Assembly: GCA_022564995.1 (NCBI GenBank)
Contig: JADFKK010000003.1
Location: 3,933 to 67,932, forward strand
Direction: 5' to 3'
Length of the DNA stretch: 64,000 nucleotides
Source: Planctomycetota bacterium
Lineage (GTDB): Bacteria; Planctomycetota; Planctomycetia; Pirellulales; JADFKK01
Within the stretch, counting starts at the first letter, position 1. Each line of letters begins with the position of its first letter. The notes below the pieces were generated by a model. That model ran no database searches and was not told the DNA's origin. It saw nothing but the letters and a program-made list of their open reading frames with translations. Shown piece by piece: positions 47,601-56,971 of this stretch. The translations under genes were made by a program, and so were the position numbers.

Positions 47601-47673
47601 CATACCAGCGATTTTGGGCGGCGGTGTGGTCGTATTGTTTCGGAAGCTCGCTGGGAGCAACGGTGGTGCTCAT
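44599..47673 (-). CDS. valS: Valine--tRNA ligase
   Basis: PPPNVTGALHLGH, DHAGIATQ, TTRPET, DWCISR, DTWFSS, MSKSKGN and C-terminal coiled coil. Confidence 0.98.
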   Translation of the reverse strand: MSTTVAPSELPKQYDHTAAQNRWYAHWQSQGYFHSEPNPDRQPYTIVIPPPNVTGALHLGHALNGTLQDIMIRMKRMQGFETLWMPGTDHAGIATQAVVERRMLEEEGKTRHDVGREALVERIWQWKESYQERIIGQLKQMGCSCDWQRLRFTLDETCARAVRHTFFRMFADGKIFRGKRLVNWDTFLQTAVSDDEVFHETVEGHFWHFSYKVIDPKPGEPEKVTIATTRPETMLGDTAVAVHPDPGRAFDKVATELQEKLAAAADKDKADVESQIAALAEQRETMLSGLEQLRDMALDGRQVMLPLVDRPIPLIVDEWAKPELGSGCVKITPAHDPNDYEVGRRHPEIGDVNILNPDGTLNEHAGKYEGQAMSEARKNVVADLEELGLLEQIEDREIEIAHSDRSKTPIEPYLADQWFVKMDELAQSAMDAVSDGRVKITPQRYAKGYHDWLSEKRDWCISRNLWWGHQIPIWYAPNVSEDELKAAFAGRKDVAWRRDEEHDQWLICAQEEDLTDDAIPGHTIERDPDVLDTWFSSALWPHSTLGWPEETSELAYYYPTSTLITSRDIITLWVARMVLTGLYNCGEVPFRDVYIHPKILDGYGETMSKSKGNGVDPLDVIEKFGTDALRFGLAYMTTEAQDVRIPVEFECPHCQAQIPQTKKNRVLPRIGCKKCGGEFSTQWAEADSEDAKLPRGAVVSERFELGRNFCNKLWNASRFALMNLEGYTSGAIDADELLVEDRWILSRLATVSRQVSEALEAFKFAEAARTLYDFAWDEFCSFYIEMVKGRLQDDETKALAQRVLAYALDALLRLLHPMIPFITEEVWHLLGKAAPQRGLPEPQAAADSVMIAPWPEIDPAWHDAEIEARFARFQELLKGLREIRSRQNIPPKTTMHFAVRCDEETAALLKPMAPYFASMAGAEATEWGAEVSGESTSAAFTTSTAEAFVDLAEHMDVASEIEKNEKERTQVRGFIAGKEKKLSNESFVGRAPAEIVERERDSLEELKTRLVSLEASLVELRKQL

Positions 47674-47677
47674 GGTT

Positions 47678-47950
47678 TGTAGGAGGCGACTCCCGTCGCC
47701 GATCGTTTAGTGATGTTGTTGAATCGAAATTCTGGAATCTCAGTATTTGCCCCGAAGGGGCCGCAACATGACAGCCCAGGGCATCGCCCTGGGTTTTTGT
47801 TCGAGCTTACATTCCGGCAGCCCGGAACGGGCGAAACAGAGCGCGACTCGCCCGCCGACGTTCTGTTCCGCCCTTTCAGGGCTCGCTGGTTATCTTCCTT
47901 CTTTCCCCAGGGCGATGCCCTGGGCTGATATGTTTGGGCCCCTTCGGGGC
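47678..47950. repeat. GTAG-REP plus ~200-bp nested palindromic element upstream of valS
   Basis: REP at 47678-47703; GCCCCGAAGGGGCC..CAGCCCAGGGCATCGCCCTGGG ... CCCAGGGCGATGCCCTGGGCTG..GGCCCCTTCGGGGC. Confidence 0.8.
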
Positions 47951-47967
47951 GAACTTTCGCGGCACCG

Positions 47968-48582
47968 CTACACTTGCCACTGCTTCTCGCCGCCGACAAG
48001 AGACACTTCGACGACCGGTCGATCATCGCTGACAACCAATCGAAACGAGAGCGGAACTTGCTCGGAGCGAAGTACCAGATTGTCGTCCAATCTCGATACA
48101 CCGACCGGTTCGAGTCCTCCTTCGCCCAGGCGATACAACTCAACGGCCCACGGGTCGCGGTCAATCAAGAGAAGTTCGCGGACACCGAGCGAAGCGTAGT
48201 ACGGCAGCTTCTCGCGCGTGCGATCGTCCGTGCTGATCACCTCGACGAGAAAGTCGGCGGCGCCCTGCCAGTGGGTTCCGCGATTGATCGCAGCAGTGTC
48301 GTTCAAGAAAACTGCGATATCGGGAACGCGATAATCGGACTTCCAATCTTCCTCGGCGGCGCTCAGATTAACACCCGGTCGGACTTCGCCGCTGCCCGGC
48401 CAGCCGATCACTTCCTGAAGAATGGAGCCCAGTCGCATTACGATTTGCTGGTGTTCGTCGTTCGGCATCGGCGCCATCATGTAGATTCCCTCCCAGGATT
48501 CGTCGAAGCGGTCGGCGCCGGACACCTTGCGCTCGGCCCGCAGCCGCTCTTCGAGTGATGGATCGGTGATTAGGGTGGCCAT
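47968..48582 (-). CDS. Uma2-family (DUF820) endonuclease-like protein
   Basis: E.WEG..MMAP.P..EHQ, RVPDIAV, VEVIS..D..REK..Y..GVRE. Confidence 0.9.
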   Translation of the reverse strand: MATLITDPSLEERLRAERKVSGADRFDESWEGIYMMAPMPNDEHQQIVMRLGSILQEVIGWPGSGEVRPGVNLSAAEEDWKSDYRVPDIAVFLNDTAAINRGTHWQGAADFLVEVISTDDRTREKLPYYASLGVRELLLIDRDPWAVELYRLGEGGLEPVGVSRLDDNLVLRSEQVPLSFRLVVSDDRPVVEVSLVGGEKQWQV

Positions 48583-48656
48583 GAGGACTCCTGCCGGAAA
48601 AGCGTGGTTTCCTGTATCGTATTATCGGGCAATTGGCTCATTCGAGCAAGCCGACG

Positions 48657-50291
48657 TTATTTTACTTCGGCCACCGCAGCGGTATGCTCTTCGACCGGCT
48701 TGGCGTGCTTGGTCCCTGCCAATTCATCTTTGTGCAGCTTGTACTCGTAGCTGTCGTTCAGCGCCAGCCAACTGGCTTCGATGATGTTCTCGCTCACGCC
48801 GACGGTGCCCCAGATGTCTTGCTCGTCGCGGCTCTCGATGATCACGCGGACCTTGGCGGCGGTGCCGGCCTGGGAGTTGATGACCCGCACTTTGTAGTCG
48901 ACCAGGTGCATGTCGGAAAGGTTCGGGAAGGTGCCGCCCAGGGCCTTGCGCATGGCGGCGTCCAAGGCGTTGACGGGGCCGTCGCCCTCGGCCACTTCGT
49001 GCAACACCTCGCTGCCGCCGCCCGATTTCACGTCGAGCTTGACGGTCGCCTCGGTGAGCACTTTTCCGTCGGGGGCCGTCTCGACCTCGACGTGATATTT
49101 CATGCGGCGGAAGTGCGAAGTGAACGTGCCGGCACACTTCTTGACCAGCAGATCGAACGACGCCTCGGCCACCTCGAACTGATAGCCTTGGTTTTCTTTC
49201 TCGACGACCTCGCGGAGAATTTTGTCCATCAGCGGCTTGTCGTGTTGAATATCGTGCTTGGTCGTAAGCGCCACGATGTTCGAGCGGCCCGACAGCTCGC
49301 TGACCAGGATCCGCCGCTCGTTACCGACCTGCTGCGGATCGACGTGCTCGTAACTGGCGGTCGCGCGGGCGATGGCGTGAACGTGCATGCCGCCCTTGTG
49401 GGCAAAGGCGCTCTCGCCCACAAACGGCTGGCTGCCCCGCAAGTGCATGTTGGCGATTTCGTAAACGTATCGCGACAGCTCGGTCAGCCGCTGCACGCTG
49501 CCCTCGACCAACGCTTCGTAACCTTGTTTCTTCAGTGACAGATTGGCAACGACCGAGATCAAGTCGGCATTGCCGCAGCGCTCGCCGAAACCGTTGATCG
49601 TGCCCTGCACTTGCTCGGCGCCCACGTCGACGGCGGCCAGCGTGTTGGCCACCGCCAGATCGCTATCGTTGTGGCAATGAATCCCCACCGGCACGTCGAG
49701 CACCGCGATGGCCTCGCGGGTTAACTCCGCGATCTCTTCGCTCATGCTGCCGCCGTTCGTGTCGCACAGCACGACCATGCGGGCGCCGGCCCGGGCAGCG
49801 GCTTGAATCGTTTTGCGTGCGAATTCGGGATTCGACTTCCAGCCGTCGAAGAAATGCTCGGCATCGTAGATCACTTCACGGCCGGCCGCCACGATGCAGC
49901 GCACGCTATCGGCGATCATCTCGATGTTTTCTTCCAGCGAGACCCTCAGCACTTCGGTGGCGTGAAAATCCGACGTTTTGCCGACGATGGTGACGACCGG
50001 CGCGCCCGACGCCAACAGCGCCCGCATTCCGACGTCGTCTTCGGCCTTAATGCTCTTGCGGCGGGTCATGCCGAAGGCGCAGATTTTGGCGTGCCGCAGA
50101 TCCAGCTCTTGCACCTGCTGAAAAAACTGCTCGTCCTTTTCGTTCGAGAGCGGGTAGCCGCCTTCGATGTAGTCAAAGCCGAGGCTGTCCAATCGCTGGA
50201 CGATCAGCAGCTTGTCCTGAAGTGAAAAGTTCACGCCCTCGCCCTGCGAGCCATCTCGCAAGGTCGTATCGTAGATTTCGATCCGCCGCAT
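48657..50291 (-). CDS. cimA: Citramalate synthase
   Basis: [76 protein letters not shown]. Confidence 0.92.
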   Translation of the reverse strand: MRRIEIYDTTLRDGSQGEGVNFSLQDKLLIVQRLDSLGFDYIEGGYPLSNEKDEQFFQQVQELDLRHAKICAFGMTRRKSIKAEDDVGMRALLASGAPVVTIVGKTSDFHATEVLRVSLEENIEMIADSVRCIVAAGREVIYDAEHFFDGWKSNPEFARKTIQAAARAGARMVVLCDTNGGSMSEEIAELTREAIAVLDVPVGIHCHNDSDLAVANTLAAVDVGAEQVQGTINGFGERCGNADLISVVANLSLKKQGYEALVEGSVQRLTELSRYVYEIANMHLRGSQPFVGESAFAHKGGMHVHAIARATASYEHVDPQQVGNERRILVSELSGRSNIVALTTKHDIQHDKPLMDKILREVVEKENQGYQFEVAEASFDLLVKKCAGTFTSHFRRMKYHVEVETAPDGKVLTEATVKLDVKSGGGSEVLHEVAEGDGPVNALDAAMRKALGGTFPNLSDMHLVDYKVRVINSQAGTAAKVRVIIESRDEQDIWGTVGVSENIIEASWLALNDSYEYKLHKDELAGTKHAKPVEEHTAAVAEVK

Positions 50292-50310
50292 GATCGTTCT
50301 CCCAGCCAAC

Positions 50311-50345
50311 AAAAAAAGCCCCGAAGCCTTGTCGGCCGCGGGGCT
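50311..50345 (-). terminator. Attenuator-type intrinsic terminator upstream of cimA
   Basis: mRNA AGCCCCGCGGCC-GACAA-GGCTTCGGGGCTTTTTTT ends about 20 nt before the cimA ATG. Confidence 0.85.
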
Positions 50346-50376
50346 GAAGTCGTTTCCGTCTTACCGGTCGATGCCC

Positions 50377-50469
50377 TTAAGCCCGAGCCACCACGCCAAT
50401 AATCGCAATCGTGCCGCCCGAGGTGGCGCCGGCACAAGAGATCATCGAAATGGAAGACACGCTGAACAT
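50377..50469 (-). CDS. Ile/Val-rich leader peptide of cimA (30 aa; alternative start at 50445)
   Basis: MFSVSSISMISCAGATSGGTIAIIGVVARA*, lying between a promoter and a terminator. Confidence 0.75.
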   Translation of the reverse strand: MFSVSSISMISCAGATSGGTIAIIGVVARA

Positions 50470-50515
50470 GGGACCAACCGCTGAGTTGAAAAAAGTGATA
50501 GCGTAGCACCGGTAA

Positions 50516-50544
50516 AGCATACGATCCTTGCGGGGGATTGTCAA
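50516..50544 (-). promoter_or_regulatory. Sigma70 promoter of the cimA leader
   Basis: TTGACA-17 bp-TATGCT on the minus strand. Confidence 0.7.
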
Positions 50545-50703
50545 TCCTACTGCGAAACACAACATTTACCGAATCGTCCCGACGGCGACCGGCTCGCCAT
50601 GCTTCCCCCTTGCCAACAAAGGTCCAAACGCTTCAAATTCAGATACATCTGCATCGAGCCTCGGCGCGTTGTCCTAGGCATTCCCGGCCAGGAGACCCCC
50701 ACG

Positions 50704-51534
50704 ATGTCGTTCATCTACTGCCTCAACACCAGCACGATTGGGCCGCAGCCGTTGATGGAAAAAATCCGCTTGGCCGGCAAGCACGGCTTCGCGGGCATCG
50801 AGCTGTGGCACGACGACGTGTTCGCTTACGTCGAGCAGGGCGGCACGGTCGCCGACGTGAACAAGGCGGTCGCCGATGAGGGCCTGATCGTCCCCTGCAC
50901 GATCGCTATGAAGGGTTGGTGCGAGGCCAGCGACGATGAGTATTCGACGGTGCTGGAAGACGTGAAGCGGCGGATGAATCTGGCCGCCGAACTGGGCTCG
51001 CCCTACATCGTCGCCACGCCGGCCCACGTGCCGGTCGACTACGAGATCATCAAGCGGCGTTACAAAGAACTGTTGGAGCTGGGCCGAGAGATCGGCGTCA
51101 AGCCAACATTCGAATACCTCGGCTTTTGCGTTTCGGTCTATCGCATCGATCAGGCGCTGGAGATTGTTACGGCTGTCGATGACCCCGACGCCACGATTCT
51201 GTTAGACGCCTTCCACAATTACCGCGGCGGCTCGACGTTCGACGACCTCACGAAAGTTCCGCTCCACCTGATCGGCCACTATCACTTGGACGACGCCCCC
51301 GCCGATCCGCCCCGCGAGCAGCAGCGCGACCCCGACCGCGTCATGCCCGGCGACGGCATCCTCGACCTGGCCGCCGAAATCCAATGGCTCCGCGACGTCG
51401 GCTACGACAAGGATTCTGGCACGGGCGGCGGCCGCACCATCAGCCTGGAGTTGTTCAACCCAGGGCTCTGGAAAAAAGATCCTGACGAAGTGCTGGCGCT
51501 GGGGATGGAGCGGATGAAGGAATTATTGGGCTAG
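50704..51534 (+). CDS. Sugar-phosphate isomerase/epimerase (xylose-isomerase-like TIM barrel)
   Basis: LNTSTI, GIELW, FEYLG, LDAFH, HLDD, RVMPGDG, SLELFN. Confidence 0.85.
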   Translation: MSFIYCLNTSTIGPQPLMEKIRLAGKHGFAGIELWHDDVFAYVEQGGTVADVNKAVADEGLIVPCTIAMKGWCEASDDEYSTVLEDVKRRMNLAAELGSPYIVATPAHVPVDYEIIKRRYKELLELGREIGVKPTFEYLGFCVSVYRIDQALEIVTAVDDPDATILLDAFHNYRGGSTFDDLTKVPLHLIGHYHLDDAPADPPREQQRDPDRVMPGDGILDLAAEIQWLRDVGYDKDSGTGGGRTISLELFNPGLWKKDPDEVLALGMERMKELLG

Positions 51535-51563
51535 CGATCGCTGACCGCGCTGTCACCCATCAG

Positions 51564-51635
51564 AGGCGCCGGGCGGATTCGAACCGCCGATAACGGATTT
51601 GCAATCCGTCGCCTTAGCCACTTGGCCACGGCGCC
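51564..51635 (-). tRNA. tRNA-Cys(GCA)
   Basis: GGCGCCGTGGCCAAGTGGCTAAGGCGACGGATTGCAAATCCGTTATCGGCGGTTCGAATCCGCCCGGCGCCT folds as a cloverleaf; CCA is not encoded. Confidence 0.96.
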
Positions 51636-51686
51636 TTAGTCTATTTTTACGGGGTTTTAATGTTCTCGTCGCCTTCTTGTTTTTCA

Positions 51687-51788
51687 CGTTGACACCCGCG
51701 TTGACACCTGACACCCTATCTTCACAGTTAAGGTGACGCCCGGCGGTAGCACCCGCCGAGCGCCTGACACCACCTGCCCTTTGACACC
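51687..51788 (+). repeat. (T)TGACACC direct repeats, candidate integrase arm-type sites
   Basis: CGTTGACACC at 51687 and 51699, TGACACC at 51709 and 51765, TTGACACC at 51781. A 14-bp copy lies at 52094. Confidence 0.6.
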
Positions 51789-51800
51789 GGAGGTGATGCT

Positions 51801-53030
51801 GTGAGCAAGTCTACCCGAAAGCCATCGGCTGCAAAAGCGGGAAAGATCAAGCCAAAAAAGCCCTCTGACAGCTTCCCGCTGTTTCCCCATGCCACCGGCC
51901 GCTGGTGCAAGAAGGTCCGTGGCCAGTTCTGCTACTTCGGCAAGGTCGCCGACGATCCAGAGGGCGTGGCAGCGCTAGACCTCTGGCTGGAGCAAAAGGA
52001 CGACCTGCTCGCCGGCCGGACGCCGCGGACAACCGGCGATGGCCTGACCATTCGCGACCTCTTGAATCGGTTCCTGACCAGCAAGAGACACCTCGTTGAC
52101 ACCCGCGAGTTAACCCACCGGAGTTTCAGCGATTACCACCAGTCGTGCATACGCATCGCGGGATTCTTCGGCAAGGGCCGCCGTGTTGACAACCTGGCGG
52201 CCGGCGACTTCGAGAGGTATCGGGCTGAACTAGCCAAGACGCGCGGCGCGGTCGCCTTGGGAAACGAAATCGGCCGCGCCCGCGTGGTGTTCAAGTATGG
52301 TTTCGACTCAGGGCTGATCGACAAGCCGGTCCGCTACGGCTCCAGCTTCAACAAGCCGAGCAAGAAAACGCTGCGGATCGCCCGGCAGGCCAACGGCTCG
52401 CGGTTGTTCGAGCCAGCGGAGATCCGGCAACTGCTTGAGGTGGCACCCGTTCAACTCAGGGCGATGGTCTTGCTGGGCGTCAATGCCGGCCTGGGCAATG
52501 CGGACGTGAGCGGCCTGCGGCGATCGCACCTGGACCTGGACGGCGGCTGGCTCAATTATCCACGGCCGAAAACTGGCGTCGAGAGGCGCTGCCCGTTGTG
52601 GCCGGAAACGGTCGAGGCGATCCTCGAGGCGATCGAGGCGAGACCGAAGCCGAAAGATGAGTCACACGCCGATCGGGTGTTCCTGACCAAGCACGGCCGC
52701 CCATGGTGTCGTGACGCAGACATCGGCGAAGAAGGCGCGAAGATCAAACGACCGGCCGACAAGCTGGCGCCGCAGTTCACGAAGCTGCGCACGGATGCTG
52801 GGGTCACGGGAAACGGCAAGGGCTTCTACAGCTTGCGAAATTCCTTCGCGTCGATCGCCGGCGGCTCGACCGACCAAGTAGCCGTCGATCACGTGATGGG
52901 CCACGTCGACCCGAGCATGGCGGCGAACTATCGGCATCGGATCGACGACAAGCGGCTCGAGAAGGTTTCGGAGCACGTGCGCCGGTGGCTGTTCCCGAAG
53001 CCGAAGAAGAAGGGCGGGAAGAAGGCGTAG
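51801..53030 (+). CDS. Tyrosine recombinase/integrase
   Basis: N-terminal arm-binding-like GRWCKKVRG..YFG; RPKT, YSLR, MGH and ANY catalytic boxes; adjacent to a tRNA. Confidence 0.88.
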   Translation: MSKSTRKPSAAKAGKIKPKKPSDSFPLFPHATGRWCKKVRGQFCYFGKVADDPEGVAALDLWLEQKDDLLAGRTPRTTGDGLTIRDLLNRFLTSKRHLVDTRELTHRSFSDYHQSCIRIAGFFGKGRRVDNLAAGDFERYRAELAKTRGAVALGNEIGRARVVFKYGFDSGLIDKPVRYGSSFNKPSKKTLRIARQANGSRLFEPAEIRQLLEVAPVQLRAMVLLGVNAGLGNADVSGLRRSHLDLDGGWLNYPRPKTGVERRCPLWPETVEAILEAIEARPKPKDESHADRVFLTKHGRPWCRDADIGEEGAKIKRPADKLAPQFTKLRTDAGVTGNGKGFYSLRNSFASIAGGSTDQVAVDHVMGHVDPSMAANYRHRIDDKRLEKVSEHVRRWLFPKPKKKGGKKA

Positions 53031-53086
53031 CGGTAGTCAAACGGCCGCGGAGCGCTCACGAGGGCGCCGGCGTTTTAATCGCTGGG

Positions 53087-53539
53087 CTAGTACGCGAGGC
53101 TTACGGTACAAGCAGGGCCGTTGTACGTGAGCAGACACTTGCTCAAAATGTCGCGACCGATGAGTGCCCCGATGTTTTGGATTGCGAGCGGTGCGCTTGT
53201 TACTTGTATGTTCTGCTCCACATAGTGCAATCCCATGGCTGGTCCCTTGGCTGGTCCTCCGATGGCGAACATCACATCGTAGGTGGGAACATCAATGTTT
53301 GTCGCCGATGCGGTGTGCATTAGCTGCGTACCGATCTGGACCAGACCAAGCCGCGGGACAAGCCCTTGGTCAATGACCGTGCCGCTCGCGCCGGTATCAA
53401 TCAGCGCCTGAACAATTTGTTTCTACGGCACGGGCTGGTTGGTGATACGGAGAATCGCAGCCTTTGGCTGGCTAAGCCCGATTGCGACCGTAAGAAGCGG
53501 TCCGCTGTTTGCCAAAAAATCTACCGTTACGATTGGCAT
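53087..53539 (-). pseudogene. Retropepsin-like aspartyl protease with one in-frame TAG
   Basis: MPIVTV...NQPVP*KQIVQALIDTGASGTVID...IGALIGRDIL; TAG at 53423-53425. Confidence 0.8.
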
Positions 53540-53775
53540 GTGAGATCACGGCCGCAGAAATGAACCTGCTCAATGCCCTCGATTTGTTTGATGAGAAACC
53601 GCTCCAGTCCGAATTCGTCATATCCCGCCTTTAGCGCATCCTCGAATGTATCCCACGTATTAACAACTCGGTCGCCATGGATCACGACGAACTGACCTTC
53701 CGATTTGCGAACGAGTTCGTCCTTGTGGGCTGCGTAAGTCTCTAGCTCTTTGGCGAGATCGGGGGTATTGGGCAT
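53527..53775 (-). CDS. Small DUF5678-like protein upstream of the aspartyl protease
   Basis: ELETY..HK.EL...EGQFVVIHGD.V...DTFEDAL.AGY..FG...FLIK; overlaps the protease start. Confidence 0.7.
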   Translation of the reverse strand: MPNTPDLAKELETYAAHKDELVRKSEGQFVVIHGDRVVNTWDTFEDALKAGYDEFGLERFLIKQIEGIEQVHFCGRDLTCQS

Positions 53776-54667
53776 GACTTGGCTTCCCGGGGCTGTGGCC
53801 GCCAACATCCGTCGCTGGCCTTCTCTTTTCATCGGCATTTGCACTATCTAACGACGGACGAATCCGGTGTCAATCCGTTCCCACAGTCAATCCTACATCA
53901 ACGCCGCGAGCGATTCTAGCGTTTGGCGGGGCAGATTGAGGAGGCATCCTGCGCTAAATGGTTCGGTGAAAGGGGTTACGAAAGACTCCCAGTCCCGGGG
54001 AATGTAGCGTGGAAAGCCCTCAAATGGACGCCGAGGGGCTGGCTGCCGGACGGTGGGAGTTTGGCACAATGGCGGGCGTAAAATCCGATGGCGGCGCTCG
54101 CCGGCCTCTGATGAGCCAGTGGGCGTCGTCGGAATTGTCCGAAATGTAAAAACCCGAAGAAATCAGAGCAACGGCGCGGCGCCGGTGTCCAACACAGATC
54201 CTCAAAAGGGATTCGTGGCTGCAATTTCGGTTGCAGTACCGTGAGGTATGGGGGCACCTTCGGGGCCTTACAGCGCCGGTCCGCGTCGTTGCTCTTTTTT
54301 GCTCGCCGCCCTTTGCCACTCTTGGCCGGCGACGACGAAAGGAATGCCATCCTGGCAACTGCTGAATTGAAGCCGATCGCGAGTGGACTCCCGAGGACGT
54401 TGTGAAGCTGTTTCGCAAGCGTGCGGATCAGATCGAGGCAAGGCTGCCGGCCACGGATCGCAAGTTGGAACTGCTGCGGTGCCTTATCAAGCGCCGAGCT
54501 GATAGGAGGCTACTGTGGGTGCGGAGAATCGCAAAGCTGCTTGGCCGGTTAGCGGATGAGGTTCACGACATGCTCGCCACGCCGCAGCGCAAGGGACTCG
54601 TTGCGCGGCCATCAATGGAAAGCGGGACGCATTTTCAAATCGGGTCACATTACGTGGGTCAAGAAAA

Positions 54668-55100
54668 ATGGCAACCACCGAAAAACCAAACCGTCCCGAC
54701 ATGGCGAGATTCCGGAAAGTCTATCCGAGGATCTGGTCGGATCAAGATTTCCTATCGCTTGGCGATAGCGAAAAGCTGCTCGCCCTGTTCGCCCTGACCG
54801 GCCCTCAGAGCAACAGAATCGGGCTGTTTGAATTCTTGCCGGCGATGTCCGCGGAGCGTCTCGGATGGAGCATTGAAACCTTCCAGTAGGGTTTCGGGAG
54901 GGTTTGCGAAGGGTTACCCCAAACCCTTGGCAGTACAGGAACAGGAACAGGACAAATCTTCTTGTCGTGCGCTGCGCTCCGACGAGGTGGATGTGCGGCT
55001 GGCAACTTGGATGTGGGAACTCATCACACGCCTTCAGAAAGGCCGGAAGGAACCGAACTTCAAGAAGTGGGCCATCACCATCAGGCTCATGCGCGGTCGC
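54668..55100 (+). pseudogene. Internally deleted phage replication-initiator paralog
   Basis: About 56 of 72 residues identical to the 3249-3770 protein by eye, stop at 54887-54889, then a frame-shifted KGYPK..QEQEQ..WAITIRLMR C-terminal part. Confidence 0.7.
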
Positions 55101-55549
55101 GAAATAGCGGGCCTTGAGCGGGCCCAGGTAGAGTCCCAAATTCAAGCGGAGATCGAGGGGAAGATTGCGGAGAATCCCAATGTTTCACGGAGCACGATCG
55201 AAGCCGATGTCCGTTCCAGGCGGCAGCCGACGCCTCCTACTCCATCGCCGAATTTCCAGACGTTCCCAAATGCCCCCGGTCCGTTCGGTAATTCGCCAGG
55301 CAACCCGGCCGCGGCATTCACGCTAACGCCGGAGGACATCGCCGGCCCAATTACGACCGCTCCTCAACCGCGCCCAAAAGCTCGCCGGCATCCCAGACAA
55401 AACCATCGCCAAGTACATCAAGCATGTAGCAGAACCAGAACAACGAGAGAACGGCATCGAGGTAAGCCGTACGGGCCTGCTGAAGTTCGCCGCCACAAAG
55501 GCACCCAAACCCGTCCCGCCTCCCTACGTTCACGTCGAAGGTCTCCCGC

Positions 55550-55905
55550 TCGACCAGATCAAGCTGCGAGCGGAGCGGCGGGCGGGTGAGTTGTTGGCGG
55601 GGATGGAAGGTCTCGGACAGCACGGCGGAAACAGAAAATCAAGTCGCACGCTGCAACTTGATGACCTCGACATCACCAAGACCCAATCGTCCCGCTGGCA
55701 GCTCGCCGCGTCGTTCCCCGAGGCGGAGTTTGAAAAGCACCTCGGCGGCGCAAGAATCCGAACTCCCAATTATTCCAACTTACTCCCATCGACTCACAAC
55801 CGCCGGCCGCAAGCAGAACGCCAAGACGAAGCCCGCAGCGTGCTCACTGCTGCACGATCGGCAGTCAGCACGACTCGGAACGCCTTGAAACGGATCGGGC
55901 GTTAG
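55550..55905 (+). pseudogene. Phage protein fragment
   Basis: IKLRAERRAGELLAGME...HGGNRKS...L.DLDITKTQSSRWQ.AASFPE..FE resembles phage proteins often fused to methyltransferases; no clear start. Confidence 0.5.
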
Positions 55906-55965
55906 AGAGCGTCCTGAGGCTCTGGGCGGCCTGCTCCGGTTTGCGGCCGTGCGATGTAGGGCGGC

Positions 55966-56478
55966 CTATTTATTCGGCCTCCCAAGAATAATCTTCGGGT
56001 GATTCTTTCGACGGTTCCGAGTCTTCCGCCAGTGAAACAGCCCGCCTTTTCCACCACGGCCAACCTCCGGTACAACGCTCACAATGTCTTCGGAAGAATC
56101 TTTTTTCCTGTGAAGAATTCCGACATTCCACACTTCGTTTTTTTCAATGTCAATCCACACATCTTGAATCCTGTCTTTGGATTCGTATTTCAAGATGTGG
56201 ATATAGCTTGGGGCCGATTCTCTGTAGATGAACCGGCGTTCCGTCATACCGACGAACTTCAACCCGCTGAGGTCATTGCCGGACCGGAACAACTTGTACC
56301 CGTTCTCGCATTGTCGGATGTCGACGAAATACCCAGTTCCGTCTTCCCATCGACCACTCCAAACGAAGACGGACGACTCTTGTTTGGCTCCAACAGCGTA
56401 TTCGGAAAAAGTGGTTACAGTGAGTGCCACCAGGACAATCAGAGCGCCATTCCAAAGCAAATAAGAGAAAGGCTTCAT
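55966..56478 (-). CDS. Hypothetical secreted protein (low GC)
   Basis: Hydrophobic N-terminus; AT-rich codons relative to the host. Confidence 0.45.
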   Translation of the reverse strand: MKPFSYLLWNGALIVLVALTVTTFSEYAVGAKQESSVFVWSGRWEDGTGYFVDIRQCENGYKLFRSGNDLSGLKFVGMTERRFIYRESAPSYIHILKYESKDRIQDVWIDIEKNEVWNVGILHRKKDSSEDIVSVVPEVGRGGKGGLFHWRKTRNRRKNHPKIILGRPNK

Positions 56479-56971
56479 TTCAATGACCCTCAGGAGGATT
56501 ACGTGATCGGAGGCCGCCGGTTTTCTAGGCGACGCCGTGTCGCAAGTCACGAACACCGACAGTTTAACGTGCGGCAGGCTGGTTCGGAAACACCGGATGG
56601 CAACTCGGCGGCGACGTGACTCAGGCGGCTACGTTCATGTTCGCGGCAGCCCACGCATTATTCCCGTTGACGCCCGCGAGGCGGACTTGCGGGTAGCGTT
56701 CGTCCACAGCTTGCGGGGCATCGCCGATCGTAACCTAGCCGCGGCCGATGCGATTGACAAAGCGATCAGATCGCCGCTGGCCTGATATAGCTGATTCGTT
56801 TCTTTGTTTCTCTCTACTCGATTGCGCCGTCTGTTTCTCGACCGGCGGCGAGACGCAGATGTTGCCGAATCTGCCGGCGATTACTGGCGGGGCCGAGTAT
56901 GGGCGGCCGGTGGTGCAGCGGGTGTTCGAGGTTGGGTGATTACCGACTTTGTGCCCGTTTCTCTTCCGGCT

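Noticed and set aside
53423-53425. Pyrrolysine or programmed amber read-through in the aspartyl protease
   Set aside because: No pyl genes or suppressor tRNA in the window, and neighbouring genes are decayed. A nonsense mutation is simpler.
54402-54797. 131-aa ORF upstream of the replication pseudogene
   Set aside because: Possibly a phage gene remnant, but it has no recognisable motif or reliable start, so it was not called.
55780-56650. Integron attC-like sites around the low-GC ORF, also considered at 31260-31405
   Set aside because: Isolated GTTAG/GTTATGC/CGAAC words without convincing paired boxes, and the integrase is not recognisably IntI-like.
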